DNA of 64,000 nucleotides from Escherichia coli (GTDB lineage Bacteria; Pseudomonadota; Gammaproteobacteria; Enterobacterales; Enterobacteriaceae): NCBI RefSeq assembly GCF_048403405.1, contig NZ_CP183129.1; one strand, 5' to 3'. Shown piece by piece: positions 63,696 to 64,000 of this stretch (position 1 is its first letter; each line of letters starts with the position of its first letter). The notes under the pieces were generated by a model. It saw only the letters and a program-made list of their open reading frames with translations, ran no database searches and was not told where the DNA came from. The position numbers and the translations under genes were made by a program.

Positions 63696-64000
63696 TCGTG
63701 TTTCCGCTTCGCCGGAGCGCCTTTTCGCGCCATGTGATGAGTTCGGTCAGGCTCATGGGATACAGTTCTGATGGCGGCCAGTGAAATATCACTGCCACAT
63801 CCGCCATCAGGTCATCGACCGAGAGATTTTTCGGAAACGTCACTGCACCGAGTTCGGTGACAAAAAACCGACCACCTTACCGGCCAGCGCCACAAGGTCA
63901 GGCAGTTCCAGTGCGGCGACTTCCTGCTCGGTCAGCATCGGTGCCGTCATGCGCGGCAACACCTTAATCAGTGCATCGACTTCGGAGTTTGCGACCGCTG
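63688..64000 (-). CDS. E: P2 gpE / gpE' tail assembly chaperone pair made by a programmed -1 frameshift (5' end outside window)
   Basis: The zero frame reads ...LIKVLPRMTAPMLTEQEVAALELPDLVALAGKVVGFLSPNSVQ* and stops at 63840-63842. After a -1 slip the frame continues ...FFVTELGAVTFPKNLSVDDLMADVAVIFHWPPSELYPMSLTELITWREKALRRSGNTNE* to the stop at 63688-63690. Confidence 0.75.
63861..63867 (-). promoter_or_regulatory. Slippery heptamer TTTTTTG for the E/E' -1 ribosomal frameshift
   Basis: Minus strand GGT TTT TTG, 18 nt upstream of the zero-frame stop; the conserved position of the frameshift between the two tail chaperone frames upstream of the tape measure gene. Confidence 0.7.

Larger units (their letters stand above)
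59179..64000. mobile_element. ogr-proximal end of a P2-like (Peduovirus-type) prophage; continues beyond window end
   Basis: Contiguous minus-strand genes ogr, D, U, T and partial E/E' with P2 sizes and order; host synteny breaks at about 59,179. Confidence 0.85.

Overview
The window is an Escherichia coli-type chromosomal segment that ends in the terminus of a P2-like prophage. No previously undescribed system is evident within these 64 kb; the accessory content is the prophage end and its unusual junction. From 1 to about 59.18 kb it is collinear, in reverse orientation, with the K-12 uup-rlmL-ycbX-zapC-pyrD-(ycb/elf fimbrial operon)-ssuEADCB-pepN-pncB-asnS-ompF-aspC-gloC-mepK-ldtD-mukBEF-cmoM-elyC-ycbJ-kdsB-ycaR-ycaQ-lpxK-msbA-ycaI-ihfB-rpsA-cmk-ycaL-aroA-serC-ycaP-ycaO-focA-pflB interval. 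All gene identifications rest on reading the ORF-track translations against remembered protein families; no database search was run. At about 59,179 the host sequence stops 15 nt into pflA and is replaced by the ogr-proximal end of a P2-like prophage (ogr, D, U, T and partial E/E' on the minus strand), which runs off the window end. Within the core, the elfC usher and the ycbF chaperone each carry an apparent single-base deletion in a C/G homopolymer, and ompF looks like a non-K-12 allele. I found no rRNA, tRNA, CRISPR array or IS element. The prophage integrase, distal attachment site and variable cargo lie outside the window.
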